This document shows, piece after piece, positions 37,828 to 47,303 of a stretch of DNA of 64,000 nt. Both the position numbers and the translations under genes were made by a program. The notes below the pieces were generated by a model. That model made no database searches, was not told where the DNA came from, and saw only the letters and a list, made by a program, of their open reading frames with translations. Within the stretch, counting starts at the first letter, position 1, and the number at the start of each line of letters is the position of its first letter. Source of the stretch: an uncultured Roseivirgaceae bacterium (GTDB taxonomy: Bacteria; Bacteroidota; Bacteroidia; Cytophagales; Cyclobacteriaceae); the NCBI GenBank assembly GCA_964596645.1, contig CAZQVB010000007.1, positions 36,875 to 100,874 on the forward strand, in the 5' to 3' direction.

Positions 37828-38178
37828 ATGTTTATTGAAGTTGTAAAATCAAAGATTCACCGCGTGAGGATCACGCAAGCCGAGCTGCACTATGTGGGCA
37901 GCATCACCATAGATGAAGATCTAATGGATGCCGCAAACATCATTGCCAATGAAAAGGTACAAATCGTAAACATCAACAACGGTGAGCGACTCGAGACTTA
38001 TGTAATTAAAGGTGAGCGAGGCAGCCGTCAGGTGTGCCTCAACGGACCTGCGGCGCGCAAGGTACAGGTCGGCGATATCATCATCATCATTTCTTACGCT
38101 TCCATGGATTTTGAAGAAGCAAAAAAGCACAAGCCCGTGCTCATTTTCCCCGACGAAAACAATACCGTAGGTGGCTAA
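37828..38178 (+). CDS. panD: Aspartate 1-decarboxylase
   Basis: [26 protein letters not shown] contains the Gly-Ser self-processing site. About 116 aa. Confidence 0.95.
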   Translation: MFIEVVKSKIHRVRITQAELHYVGSITIDEDLMDAANIIANEKVQIVNINNGERLETYVIKGERGSRQVCLNGPAARKVQVGDIIIIISYASMDFEEAKKHKPVLIFPDENNTVGG

Positions 38179-39220
38179 GCCATTGGCGCGCGTCCTGCTC
38201 AATCTGCTCAAATACTCTGTAGCCCTCGGTGTAGCCGGTTTTCTTTTATGGTACGTCTATCGCGATATACCGCTCTCAGATATTGTATCCCGGTTTCAAG
38301 ATCTTCACCACGAGTGGCTCATTCTCTCCGTGGTGGTCGCCTTTATCAGCCATTGGCTGCGTGCCTATCGGTGGAACATATTGCTTGAGCCCCTTGGCTA
38401 TCAATTGAATTCATGGCGTACATTTTTGGCCGTAATGGTGGGCTACTTCGCCAACCTGCTGCTACCACGCATGGGGGAAATTACCCGCTGTGGGGTATTA
38501 AAGAAAATGGACAACGTATCGATGACCTCTTCTTTTGGCACCGTGGTGGCCGAGCGGCTCATCGACCTGCTCACGCTATTGGCCCTGGTGCTGTTTACCT
38601 TTTTTGTTGAGTTCGACAAACTTAATGATTTTGTACTCAGCAACTTTGGCGGTAAAGCCGGGCAGTGGCTGGGCAACATCGACTTTTATATTATTCTGTT
38701 AATCATAGGGCTGGCTGGCCTGCTCACACTGGTGTTTATCTATCGTGTCTATCGCCACACGTTACGCAAGTATAGTTTCTATCAGAAAGTGGCCGGCTTC
38801 GTCGCTCAGCTGCTCACCGGGTTTTTGTCTATCAGAAAAATAAAAAATAAAACCGGCTTTTGGCTGTCGACCCTGGGCATATGGCTGCTCTATTACCTCA
38901 TCCCTTTTGTGGTGTTTTATGCTCTGCCCGAAACGAGCGGCCTTACTCCGCTGGCGGGTTTGGCCATATTAGTAATGAGCGGTATAGGCATGTCGGCACC
39001 CGTGCAGGGCGGTATTGGTGTATTTCACATACTCGTCAGCCGCATACTTATACTTTATGGTATATCGCAGCAAGACGGTGAGTTCTTTGCGCTCATTCTG
39101 CACACTACCCACTTCTTTACCGTTCTTATCTTTGGCGGGCTTTGCTATGTCATCAGCTTGTTCTTAAAACCGAAAGATTCGCAGACTAATGAATACCAAA
39201 GAGAAAATACTGCCCATTAG
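38171..39220 (+). CDS. Flippase-like membrane protein (UPF0104 / lysylphosphatidylglycerol-synthase transmembrane-region family)
   Basis: Eight predicted transmembrane segments. [12 protein letters not shown] and ..[14 protein letters not shown] are typical of the family. The start codon is uncertain (GTG at 38171 or TTG at 38183). Confidence 0.7.
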   Translation: MAKPLARVLLNLLKYSVALGVAGFLLWYVYRDIPLSDIVSRFQDLHHEWLILSVVVAFISHWLRAYRWNILLEPLGYQLNSWRTFLAVMVGYFANLLLPRMGEITRCGVLKKMDNVSMTSSFGTVVAERLIDLLTLLALVLFTFFVEFDKLNDFVLSNFGGKAGQWLGNIDFYIILLIIGLAGLLTLVFIYRVYRHTLRKYSFYQKVAGFVAQLLTGFLSIRKIKNKTGFWLSTLGIWLLYYLIPFVVFYALPETSGLTPLAGLAILVMSGIGMSAPVQGGIGVFHILVSRILILYGISQQDGEFFALILHTTHFFTVLIFGGLCYVISLFLKPKDSQTNEYQRENTAH

Positions 39221-39674
39221 AGACGCCATGTATAAAGTTAACGCCTGGAAAAACCATCAGCAGGTGGTGGTATTCACCAATGGCTGCTTCGACCTGCTGC
39301 ACCTGGGCCATATCGACTATTTGGAAAAGGCGAAGCAACAAGGCGAAAAGCTTGTAGTAGGGCTTAACTCCGATCAGTCTATCAAGCGCCTCAAGGGCAG
39401 TAAAAGACCAGTTAACGACGAAAACGCTCGTGCCCGAATGCTTGCCGCCTTGCAGTTTGTAGATCTGGTGGTTTTGTTTGATGAAGACACACCGTACAAC
39501 CTCATCAAAGCCCTCACGCCTTCTGTGCTTGTGAAAGGCAAAGACTATGAAGTGGGCAACATTGTGGGGGCTGATATCGTATTGCAGAATGGCGGAAAAG
39601 TAGCCACCATCGATCTGGTGGAAGGCTATTCATCTTCTGCCATCATAGAAAAAATACAAAACCTTAATAAATAA
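39189..39674 (+). CDS. rfaE2: D-glycero-beta-D-manno-heptose 1-phosphate adenylyltransferase (RfaE domain II, cytidylyltransferase fold)
   Basis: [19 protein letters not shown] (HxGH) and VVGLNSD.SIKRLKG..RP. 161 aa. Confidence 0.9.
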   Translation: MNTKEKILPIRDAMYKVNAWKNHQQVVVFTNGCFDLLHLGHIDYLEKAKQQGEKLVVGLNSDQSIKRLKGSKRPVNDENARARMLAALQFVDLVVLFDEDTPYNLIKALTPSVLVKGKDYEVGNIVGADIVLQNGGKVATIDLVEGYSSSAIIEKIQNLNK

Positions 39675-39678
39675 ATAT

Positions 39679-40371
39679 ATGTGGATAGTAATCGTGGTTG
39701 GTTTTATGATTCTCAGCTTTGCCGTAAGTCAGAGACTGAAGTCGAAGTTTAGAAAGTACGCTCAAATGGGCATTCGATCCAATATGAGCGGACAGGAAGT
39801 AGCCCTTCAAATGCTACGCGATAATAATATAAGTGATGTGCGGGTGGTGTCGCACCCGGGTCGGCTGACAGATCACTATAACCCGGCCGATAAAACGGTA
39901 AACCTCAGTGAAGAAGTTTACCACGGGCGAAATGCAGCAGCAGCTGCCGTAGCAGCTCATGAGTGCGGACATGCCGTACAACATGCCACAGCCTATAGCT
40001 TTCTCAAGCTGCGCTCTACCCTAGTGCCTGTTCAGAATGCAAGCGCCAAAATCCTAAATATTGTGTTGCTGGCGAGCTTCTTTGGCGGCATGTTTTTATT
40101 CTCCGCTTTTCCATATAACCTGGTTTTGCTGGTGATCATCGTGTGCTATGGCGTTCTCACCATGTTCTCGCTCGTTACACTTCCGGTTGAGTTCGATGCA
40201 AGCAGCAGGGCGCTGAAGTGGATGGAATCGCGCGGCATTGCAAGTTCGCAGGAACAAAGCTGGGCCAAGGACGCACTAAAGTGGGCGGCCATGACCTACG
40301 TAGTGGCGGCTCTGGGCTCATTGGCCATGTTGCTATACTACGTGTCGCTCTTTCTGGGCAACAGGGACTAG
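39679..40371 (+). CDS. Membrane zinc metallopeptidase (YugP / Zn_peptidase_2 family)
   Basis: N-terminal transmembrane segment, HECGHAVQH (HExxH) and two C-terminal transmembrane segments. About 230 aa. Confidence 0.85.
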   Translation: MWIVIVVGFMILSFAVSQRLKSKFRKYAQMGIRSNMSGQEVALQMLRDNNISDVRVVSHPGRLTDHYNPADKTVNLSEEVYHGRNAAAAAVAAHECGHAVQHATAYSFLKLRSTLVPVQNASAKILNIVLLASFFGGMFLFSAFPYNLVLLVIIVCYGVLTMFSLVTLPVEFDASSRALKWMESRGIASSQEQSWAKDALKWAAMTYVVAALGSLAMLLYYVSLFLGNRD

Positions 40372-40394
40372 CTACAGCATATTACATGAATTGC

Positions 40395-40430
40395 AAGGCC
40401 GGTAGCAGCAACACTTCCGGCCTTTTTATT
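40395..40430 (+). terminator. Rho-independent terminator after the zinc-metallopeptidase gene
   Basis: Stem AAGGCCGG / CCGGCCTT with a 14-nt loop, followed by TTTTTATTT. Confidence 0.7.
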
Positions 40431-40447
40431 TCCTAAATCACCACATT

Positions 40448-41587
40448 ATGGATTTTCAACTATCAGAAGAACACCTCGCCGTACGCGATGCCGTGCGGCA
40501 ATTTGCCGAACAAGAGCTGCTGCCCGGCGTAATAGATCGCGACGAGACTCAAACATTTCCTGCCGAGCTAAGAAACAAAATGGCTGAGCTGGGGCTATTC
40601 GGTATGATGGTAGACCCCCAATATGGTGGCGGAGGTATGGACGCCATTTCATACGTGCTGGCCATAGAGGAGATAGCCAAGGTAGACGCCTCCGCGGCGG
40701 TGATTCTTTCAGTAAACAACTCACTGGTATGCTGGGGACTGGAGACCTTCGGTACCGAAGCCCAGAAAGAAAAATACCTCACGCCTTTGGCAAAAGGGGA
40801 GTTGCTGGGCGCCTTTTGCCTTTCAGAGCCTGAAGCCGGCTCCGACGCTACCCGACAAAACACCACCGGCATAGAGCAGGATGATCATTACCTGCTCAAT
40901 GGCACCAAAAACTGGATTACCAATGGGAGCAGTGCGTCTGTTTATTTAGTGATGGCACAGTCGCACAGGCAGCGTGGTCATAAGGGTATCAACACCTTTA
41001 TAGTAGAAAAAGACATGGACGGCTTCGGCATAGGTCCTAAAGAAAATAAAATGGGCATTCGCGCCTCCGACACCCATTCCCTCACCTTTAGCGATGTGAA
41101 GGTGCCCATAGAAAACCGCCTCGGAGAAGATGGCAGCGGTTTCAAATTTGCCATGAGCACGCTCAACGGTGGCCGAATAGGCATAGCGGCACAGGCGCTG
41201 GGCATAGCCTCCGGAGCCTTTGAGCGCTCGCTTGCTTATGCCAACGAGCGCAAAACATTTGGTACCGCCATTGCCAATCATCAGGCGGTGCAGTTCAAAC
41301 TGTCAAAAATGGCGATGGAGATAGAGGCTGCCAGGCTGCTCTGCTACAAAGCCGCATGGCTCAAAGACCAGCGCCAGCCCCACATCAAAGAAAGCGCCTT
41401 TGCCAAATTATTTTGCTCAGAGGCCGCCATGCGCATTGCCACAGAGGCTGTGCAGATACACGGCGGCTACGGGTATGTAAAGGAATATCATGTAGAGCGC
41501 ATGATGCGCGATGCCAAAATCACTCAAATTTATGAGGGCACGTCCGAAATTCAACATATTGTAATTGCACGCGAACTATTGAAATAA
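40448..41587 (+). CDS. Acyl-CoA dehydrogenase (short-chain / butyryl-CoA type)
   Basis: 379 aa. Motifs GAFCLSEPEAGSDA, KNWITNG, QIHGGYGY and IYEGTSEIQ. Confidence 0.95.
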   Translation: MDFQLSEEHLAVRDAVRQFAEQELLPGVIDRDETQTFPAELRNKMAELGLFGMMVDPQYGGGGMDAISYVLAIEEIAKVDASAAVILSVNNSLVCWGLETFGTEAQKEKYLTPLAKGELLGAFCLSEPEAGSDATRQNTTGIEQDDHYLLNGTKNWITNGSSASVYLVMAQSHRQRGHKGINTFIVEKDMDGFGIGPKENKMGIRASDTHSLTFSDVKVPIENRLGEDGSGFKFAMSTLNGGRIGIAAQALGIASGAFERSLAYANERKTFGTAIANHQAVQFKLSKMAMEIEAARLLCYKAAWLKDQRQPHIKESAFAKLFCSEAAMRIATEAVQIHGGYGYVKEYHVERMMRDAKITQIYEGTSEIQHIVIARELLK

Positions 41588-41747
41588 TCCGGGATATTGT
41601 AGTATTCCAAGGAATAGTCTTTTGACCCTCAATTATTGTACTTTTTTAATATTATACTTGACGGAATACTATTTTTTAGTCAATTTTGTTATATCGATAC
41701 AAGTTCATCAAGCCAGTTGGCCTTTATTTTATTTGCACATTTTCTAG

Positions 41748-42671
41748 ATGGAAGACTACAACAAAATCATAGAATCGCTCAACGTCCACTTCAAAAAGGC
41801 CAACAGCATTCGCATCATTCAGCCCATCACCATTCAAAATTATTATGACGTAGAAAATGCAATTTTCCGTTTGAACAACGGCGAGCTGCGCTTTGGAAAG
41901 CACAAAGAGCTCATGAAAAAGGGCGATATTTTGTTCATTCCGGGCGGTAAAAATTTGGCCATTACCTTTGGCAGCGGCAATGCCCTCAGCTTGTCCAATG
42001 ATGAATTTATTTCGAGAAAAGAAAACTATTTTAAAAGTGTTCGCTTCGACGAACTGGATGATACCATCCCTGAGAGCTTTAGCTACGTCAACTTTGATGC
42101 GCGCGTCTTCGACTCAGTCAATTTTTTTGCTTCTCTCGACATATCACCCTTTGTGATAGAAGCCAACGAAAAAATCAATGATATTCTGAACACCATATTG
42201 CGGGAAAACAACTCGCAACTACCCGGCCACGAACGTGTCAAAAAATTGGCTACCGATCAGTTGGTGGTGGAGGTCATACGTTATGTGCTGAAAAACCAAC
42301 TGTTTGTAGAGCAGCTGGCCACCAACAGCACATACTTCAAAGACCCACGCCTGCTGGATATTTTTGGTTACATCAAGGAGCATCTGGAAGGGGATCTTTC
42401 CAATAAAACACTCGCCAATGTGGCCAATGTGTCGGAAGATTATGTAGGGCAATATTTTAAGATGCTCACCGGCATCAATCCGCAGGATTATATCGAATAT
42501 CAGCGCATGGAAAAGGCCGTGAACCTCTTGCGCACAAGTAAGAAAAGCATACGGGAGATTGGCCACGAGGTAGGCTATAAAGACACAGCCTATTTCTGTC
42601 GCAGGTTCAAAATGATGTTTGGCATACCCGCCGGCAAGATGCGCCGCCGTGAGTCTTTGATGAATATTTAG
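41748..42671 (+). CDS. AraC family transcriptional regulator
   Basis: N-terminal cupin-like sensor and a C-terminal double helix-turn-helix (LANVANVSEDYVGQYFK...IREIGHEVGYKDTAYFCRRFKMMFG). Confidence 0.85.
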   Translation: MEDYNKIIESLNVHFKKANSIRIIQPITIQNYYDVENAIFRLNNGELRFGKHKELMKKGDILFIPGGKNLAITFGSGNALSLSNDEFISRKENYFKSVRFDELDDTIPESFSYVNFDARVFDSVNFFASLDISPFVIEANEKINDILNTILRENNSQLPGHERVKKLATDQLVVEVIRYVLKNQLFVEQLATNSTYFKDPRLLDIFGYIKEHLEGDLSNKTLANVANVSEDYVGQYFKMLTGINPQDYIEYQRMEKAVNLLRTSKKSIREIGHEVGYKDTAYFCRRFKMMFGIPAGKMRRRESLMNI

Positions 42672-42856
42672 TGTCGGCCGACTTGCTTTGGTTTCCATAA
42701 ACTCAGGCGCCGATGGCACTGTCAGAAGCTGAAGATGGTGGAAGGCATTTATAAATCCACGGCCGGCATCCGTCAAACAACAAAAAAGCAAAACCTGCCG
42801 GTGCACACGCTGTGCTAACGCCACTGATATCTGTCAATAATAAACTATCAATAGAT

Positions 42857-44272
42857 ATGCGATTATTAATAATCATGATGCTGCTAGTTTTTTATAGCAG
42901 TTGCCGCCCAGACCATTCCAATCAACCGCCAAACATTATACTCATCATGACGGATGACCAGGGCTGGGGGGAAACAGGCTACAACAACCACCCGGTACTT
43001 AATACCCCAAACCTTGATGATATGGCCAGAAATGGTTTGCGTTTCGACAGGTTTTATGCTGCGGGGCCTGTCTGTTCGCCTACCCGGGCATCGGTATTGA
43101 CAGGCCGTACACACGACAGAACCGGTGTTTATTCGCATGGATATGCATTGCGGCGTCAGGAAAAAACCGTGGCCAGCGCGCTACAAGCAGTTGGCTACAA
43201 AACGGGCCATTTCGGCAAGTGGCACCTGAATGGATTGATGGGACCCGGTGTGCCCATATTTGCAGATGATCAATACAACCCTGGGGTTTACGGTTTCGAT
43301 GAGTGGGTTTCTACCTCAAACTTTTTCGACATCGACCCGATCATGAGCGAGAAGGGTGAATTTAAGCAATACACGGGTACAAGTTCGGAAGTGATTGTAC
43401 AGCAGGCAATCAATTTTATCGACCAAAGCCTGGATGAAGGGAAGCCCTTTTTCGCTGTTGTCTGGGATGGATCGCCCCATAATCCTTGGTTGGCCAAAGA
43501 GGAAGACAAGGAGGCTTTTGCCAATCTCAACTCCGCCAGCAGGGAACATTATGGGGAGCTGGTGGCGTTTGACAAAAGTGTTGGGGAGCTGCGTGCGTTT
43601 TTAAAGGCAAAGGGATTGGCCGACAATACCTTGGTGTGGTTTTGTAGTGATAATGGCGGGTTGCCCGACATAAGCCCCACTACTGTGGCCAATCTAAGGG
43701 GATATAAAGGCAGCCTGTATGAAGGGGGCATACGGGTTCCGGCCATTATAGAGTGGCCTGCCAGGGTACAACCCTCCGTCACCGGCTTTCCGGCCTCCAC
43801 CATGGATATATTTGCCACACTCGCCGAAGTGGCCGGCCTGCCAGATTCACTGCGCTTATACCCGCAAGATGGCACTTCCATACTGCCTGTTCTGAGCAAT
43901 GTTATCGTGGAACGCGAGAAGCCCATATTTTTCAGATTTGAGCAAAGTGGTGCGTTGGTCGACAATAATTTTAAGCTTTTTATTAAGGATAGGGACAACA
44001 AGCAATATGAATTGTACAATCTGCAAACCGATCCGGGCGAAACGAACAACCTTGCCACGGAACTTCCCGACAGAGCGGAGCAGATGACTGCTACATATGA
44101 AGAGTGGAATGAATCCGTAGATAATAGCATAGAAGGATATGACTATCCCGAAAAAAAGGTGATAGAGGAATCGCAAAGGAGATTTTGGATGAACGATCCG
44201 CGATACGAAAAGTACTTGAATGAATGGTCAAAAAGGTGGGAATACAAAGAAAGGATAGAACAGGCGAAGTAG
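42857..44272 (+). CDS. Formylglycine-dependent sulfatase (arylsulfatase family)
   Basis: I trimmed the start to MRLLIIMMLLVFYSSC. Motifs PNIILIMTDDQGWG, CSPTRASVLTGR (C-x-P-x-R) and GKWHLG-like GKWHLNG. Confidence 0.92.
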   Translation: MRLLIIMMLLVFYSSCRPDHSNQPPNIILIMTDDQGWGETGYNNHPVLNTPNLDDMARNGLRFDRFYAAGPVCSPTRASVLTGRTHDRTGVYSHGYALRRQEKTVASALQAVGYKTGHFGKWHLNGLMGPGVPIFADDQYNPGVYGFDEWVSTSNFFDIDPIMSEKGEFKQYTGTSSEVIVQQAINFIDQSLDEGKPFFAVVWDGSPHNPWLAKEEDKEAFANLNSASREHYGELVAFDKSVGELRAFLKAKGLADNTLVWFCSDNGGLPDISPTTVANLRGYKGSLYEGGIRVPAIIEWPARVQPSVTGFPASTMDIFATLAEVAGLPDSLRLYPQDGTSILPVLSNVIVEREKPIFFRFEQSGALVDNNFKLFIKDRDNKQYELYNLQTDPGETNNLATELPDRAEQMTATYEEWNESVDNSIEGYDYPEKKVIEESQRRFWMNDPRYEKYLNEWSKRWEYKERIEQAK

Positions 44273-44433
44273 CGTACAGTTCTTGCTTCCTTATCGCTCA
44301 ACTTTTTGAAATACCATCAGCGGCCTAGTTGGAAATGCTTTTCCAAAGCAAATGGCATACCGTTGTCGGGTAAGGTGATGAAAGTCGGCTTCTGTCCGGC
44401 AACTGTGAAATACTTGTGACGCAGAATGATTTA

Positions 44434-45201
44434 TTATTCTTGCAATGCCCGATTGCATGCCGATATCGCCGAGGCCACTGCTCCAATACACTCAATGTTG
44501 CCTTCGGCACCGTTACCTATCACCAATAGGTCGGCACCTGCTGCCAAGGCTTCCTTGGCTTTGGCTTCTGAGTCTATGCCACCGCCTACTATCAGCGGCA
44601 CGGTGATGGATTTTTTTACTACACGCACCATTTCTGAGGGAACGGGTGCTGATGCGCCGCTTCCTGCATCTAGATAGATGAGTTGCATCCCCAGCATTTC
44701 CCCGGCCAACGCGGTGGCTGCAGCCAGTTGACATTTGCCGGCAGGAATGGGCATGGTGTTGCTAATATAAGCTACAGTAGTTGTGTGATCGCTGCCAGCC
44801 AAAATGTAGCCGGTCGGTATGGGTTCCAGATCCATTTGCCTGATCAGCGGCGCCGCCATCACATGCTGGCCGATCAGATACTCCGGGTTGCGGCCGGAGA
44901 TAAGAGAAAGAAACAGGACGCCATCGGCCTCCGCCGAAAGGTGATGCACCTGGCCTGGAAAGATGATCACCGGCTTGTCGCTGCTCTTTTTTAATTGACC
45001 GATCACCCGGGCAAACTCATCGCGGGCGGTCAGGCTTCCGCCAACCAGAAAAAAATCTACCGCCTGTGCGCTGCAGTAGTTAACCAGCCGCTCCACCTCT
45101 TCGGTCCTGTATGTCTTATCAGGGTCGATGAGTACGGCCAGCATCTTTCTACCCTGCCTTGCGCCGGTCAAAATTTTTGACAAGATGCTGCTCGAATTCA
45201 T
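44434..45201 (-). CDS. Geranylgeranylglyceryl/heptaprenylglyceryl phosphate synthase family protein (PcrB/GGGPS)
   Basis: Motifs LIDPDK, FLVGGS, IFPG, SGRNPEYLIG, YLDAGSGA and LIVGGGI in a TIM-barrel-sized protein of 255 aa. Confidence 0.8.
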   Translation of the reverse strand: MNSSSILSKILTGARQGRKMLAVLIDPDKTYRTEEVERLVNYCSAQAVDFFLVGGSLTARDEFARVIGQLKKSSDKPVIIFPGQVHHLSAEADGVLFLSLISGRNPEYLIGQHVMAAPLIRQMDLEPIPTGYILAGSDHTTTVAYISNTMPIPAGKCQLAAATALAGEMLGMQLIYLDAGSGASAPVPSEMVRVVKKSITVPLIVGGGIDSEAKAKEALAAGADLLVIGNGAEGNIECIGAVASAISACNRALQE

Positions 45202-45298
45202 CTGACAATATTATCCAAAAAAATACTGCGCTATAATAAGCGATGGGCAAAACCGCAAATTGTGTGTGAGGAATGGAAAAAATGTGCAGGCCCTGCGA

Positions 45299-45505
45299 CT
45301 AGCTCTCCTCCTCGTCGCCACCTACGATGAGGGTAGTGACAATTATGGCAGCCACCAGACCTGCCCCTATAATCAGGCTTTTTTTCAAAATACTGGTGGC
45401 CCTCGCTTTACTCAGGTCAAACTCGGCTACGAGCTCATCCCGCGCATCTTCGGCGGCTTTTTGCAGAAAGTCCTTCTGCTCCTCTATTTTCTTAATATTC
45501 GTCAT
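45299..45505 (-). CDS. Small hypothetical membrane-anchored protein (68 aa)
   Basis: Charged N-terminal helix plus one C-terminal transmembrane segment (IIGAGLVAAIIVTTLIV). Its start overlaps the end of the upstream two-transmembrane gene by 14 nt, which suggests co-translation. Confidence 0.4.
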   Translation of the reverse strand: MTNIKKIEEQKDFLQKAAEDARDELVAEFDLSKARATSILKKSLIIGAGLVAAIIVTTLIVGGDEEES

Positions 45506-45851
45506 TTCGTTTTTTTCTTTCTACGCTTTCTAGTGATCCTTCAAAGAAGGCTTTAAATATGCCTTTTGCAATCAGTTTGTCTTTCATCAGCACCAGCACG
45601 ATGCATATAATGGTGTAAAAGCCAGCCACAATCAATAAGCCAAGGTAGCGGCTGTCCAGCAGGTCGTTGAGATAAAAGGCGATGGTGATGCTCAGGAAGA
45701 ATACGATAAACAGGCCGAAAGAGAGCAACAAAAAGATGAGGATAAAAACGGACAAAATTTCCACCACCTGCTCTTTGGCCTGCAGCTTAAATAGGTCCAC
45801 CTCGATTTTCAAATATTTCTTGACGGAAGATATAAGCTTATCTATTCCCAC
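45492..45851 (-). CDS. Two-transmembrane membrane protein, holin-X / DUF1469-like
   Basis: 119 aa with an amphipathic N-terminus and then two long hydrophobic helices. This resembles the proteins annotated 'phage holin family / putative holin-X' that accompany stress-type small proteins in Bacteroidota. Confidence 0.5.
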   Translation of the reverse strand: MGIDKLISSVKKYLKIEVDLFKLQAKEQVVEILSVFILIFLLLSFGLFIVFFLSITIAFYLNDLLDSRYLGLLIVAGFYTIICIVLVLMKDKLIAKGIFKAFFEGSLESVERKKRNDEY

Positions 45852-45954
45852 TGTTTAGTCTGTTTGGTCGGTTTACAATTGGTTATTGTCGCCTGGTCAG
45901 CCATGCATTCATTCCAAACAACAAATGCGCACGCATTGTTGCTGCCGCGCCTTC

Positions 45955-47097
45955 TCATTGAGAAATATAAATGAATGCAAACGGCAGAAGAAAGAATATT
46001 AAAATGATGTAGACTATGCTCACTATCCTGTACTTGAGCGCCACATCGCCAAGCCAACGCGATACGATCAGCGGCAGCTTATTAAGCCCTGGAATAAACA
46101 GCAATATGAGCAGCCCGATCAGGTTGAACATCAAATGAGCGATGGCTATGCTCACCGCGGCCTCCGACTTGAAAACCGACGCCAATAATGCCGTAAGTGT
46201 AGTGCCGATATTGGCCCCCGCTATAAATGTGAAAGCCCGCGGCAAGGACACGCGTGCTGTGGCGACCAGCGGCACAATAAGCGAAGTGGTGACAGAGCTG
46301 GACTGCATAGTGGCCGTGAGTAGCGTGCCCCAGCCAAACGATTTAAAAGGATTATCAAATGCCAACTTCTGAAAATTAAGCCTCGTGGAGCCGATCAGCA
46401 TCTGATAGATGAGCTTGGAAAGAATTTTAATGGAGGCGAACAGCAACAGCACCGCCAAGATGAGCACCACATAGTAATTGCCAATCAGCGACATAATGAC
46501 CTCGCTCACCGCGGAGTTTTCAAATGCTTCCTGGCCGGCCGGTGCCTGGGCAGATCCGCCACCCACCTGGCTTATGATGCTTGTAAAGCCCTTTGCCAGT
46601 ATACCCAGCAGATTGTACTTGTACTGCAAGGGAAAGATGATGCATGCTGAAAAAATATTGAAAAAGTCGTGGAGTGTAGCCGCTGACACCGCCCTGCCAA
46701 ATTCTTGTTTTTTAGTAATAAAGCTTAGCGAGACAATATTGCTGGTAAGCGTAGTGCCAATATTGGCACCAATAATCACCGGAATAGCACGCTCAAAATC
46801 CAATGAGCCTGCTGCCACCAGAGCCACCACCATACTGGTAGTGGTAGAGCTGCTCTGAATGAGTGCCGTGATGAGCAGGCCAATAAAAAGGCTGACAAAA
46901 GGATTGCTCGTGACGGTGAGTATAGACTCCACTACGCTTTTGCTCAGGTGGCCCAGCGCACCGGCCAACAAGTCAATAGACAGAAGAAAAGCACATAAAA
47001 CCAGCGTGACATACGCCAAAGATTTTATCACGCTCCATGTATTCTCAGTACCAAACGTCAATGTATTCGATGCAGTGTTTGTAGGGGAATGGCTCAA
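45955..47097 (-). CDS. Na+/phosphate cotransporter family protein (NptA-like, short form)
   Basis: Duplicated Na_Pi_cotrans repeats with QSSSTTTSMVV..GANIGTTLT and QSSSVTTSLIV..GANIGTTLT. Confidence 0.85.
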   Translation of the reverse strand: MSHSPTNTASNTLTFGTENTWSVIKSLAYVTLVLCAFLLSIDLLAGALGHLSKSVVESILTVTSNPFVSLFIGLLITALIQSSSTTTSMVVALVAAGSLDFERAIPVIIGANIGTTLTSNIVSLSFITKKQEFGRAVSAATLHDFFNIFSACIIFPLQYKYNLLGILAKGFTSIISQVGGGSAQAPAGQEAFENSAVSEVIMSLIGNYYVVLILAVLLLFASIKILSKLIYQMLIGSTRLNFQKLAFDNPFKSFGWGTLLTATMQSSSVTTSLIVPLVATARVSLPRAFTFIAGANIGTTLTALLASVFKSEAAVSIAIAHLMFNLIGLLILLFIPGLNKLPLIVSRWLGDVALKYRIVSIVYIILIFFLLPFAFIYISQ

Positions 47098-47240
47098 AGT
47101 TAGAACAAATCACTGCAGTTGAAAAAGTTTTCCAAACAGCCTTTGAAAATTGTCCATTGCGTAAAGAAACTCATGGTTTTGTCGGTTTCCAGCGGGTTTG
47201 TATTAACAATTTATTAACATTGAATTCCTCAAACAATTTT

Positions 47241-47248
47241 TAGCTTTG
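47241..47248 (+). promoter_or_regulatory. Candidate -7 box (TAGCTTTG) for the 47304 gene
   Basis: Exact TAnnTTTG match 56 nt upstream of the ATG. Confidence 0.35.
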
Positions 47249-47303
47249 TAGCGATTCTAGGCCATCAAAGCCACTATTGATCGTGGGGGAAAGACTATAG
47301 CAC

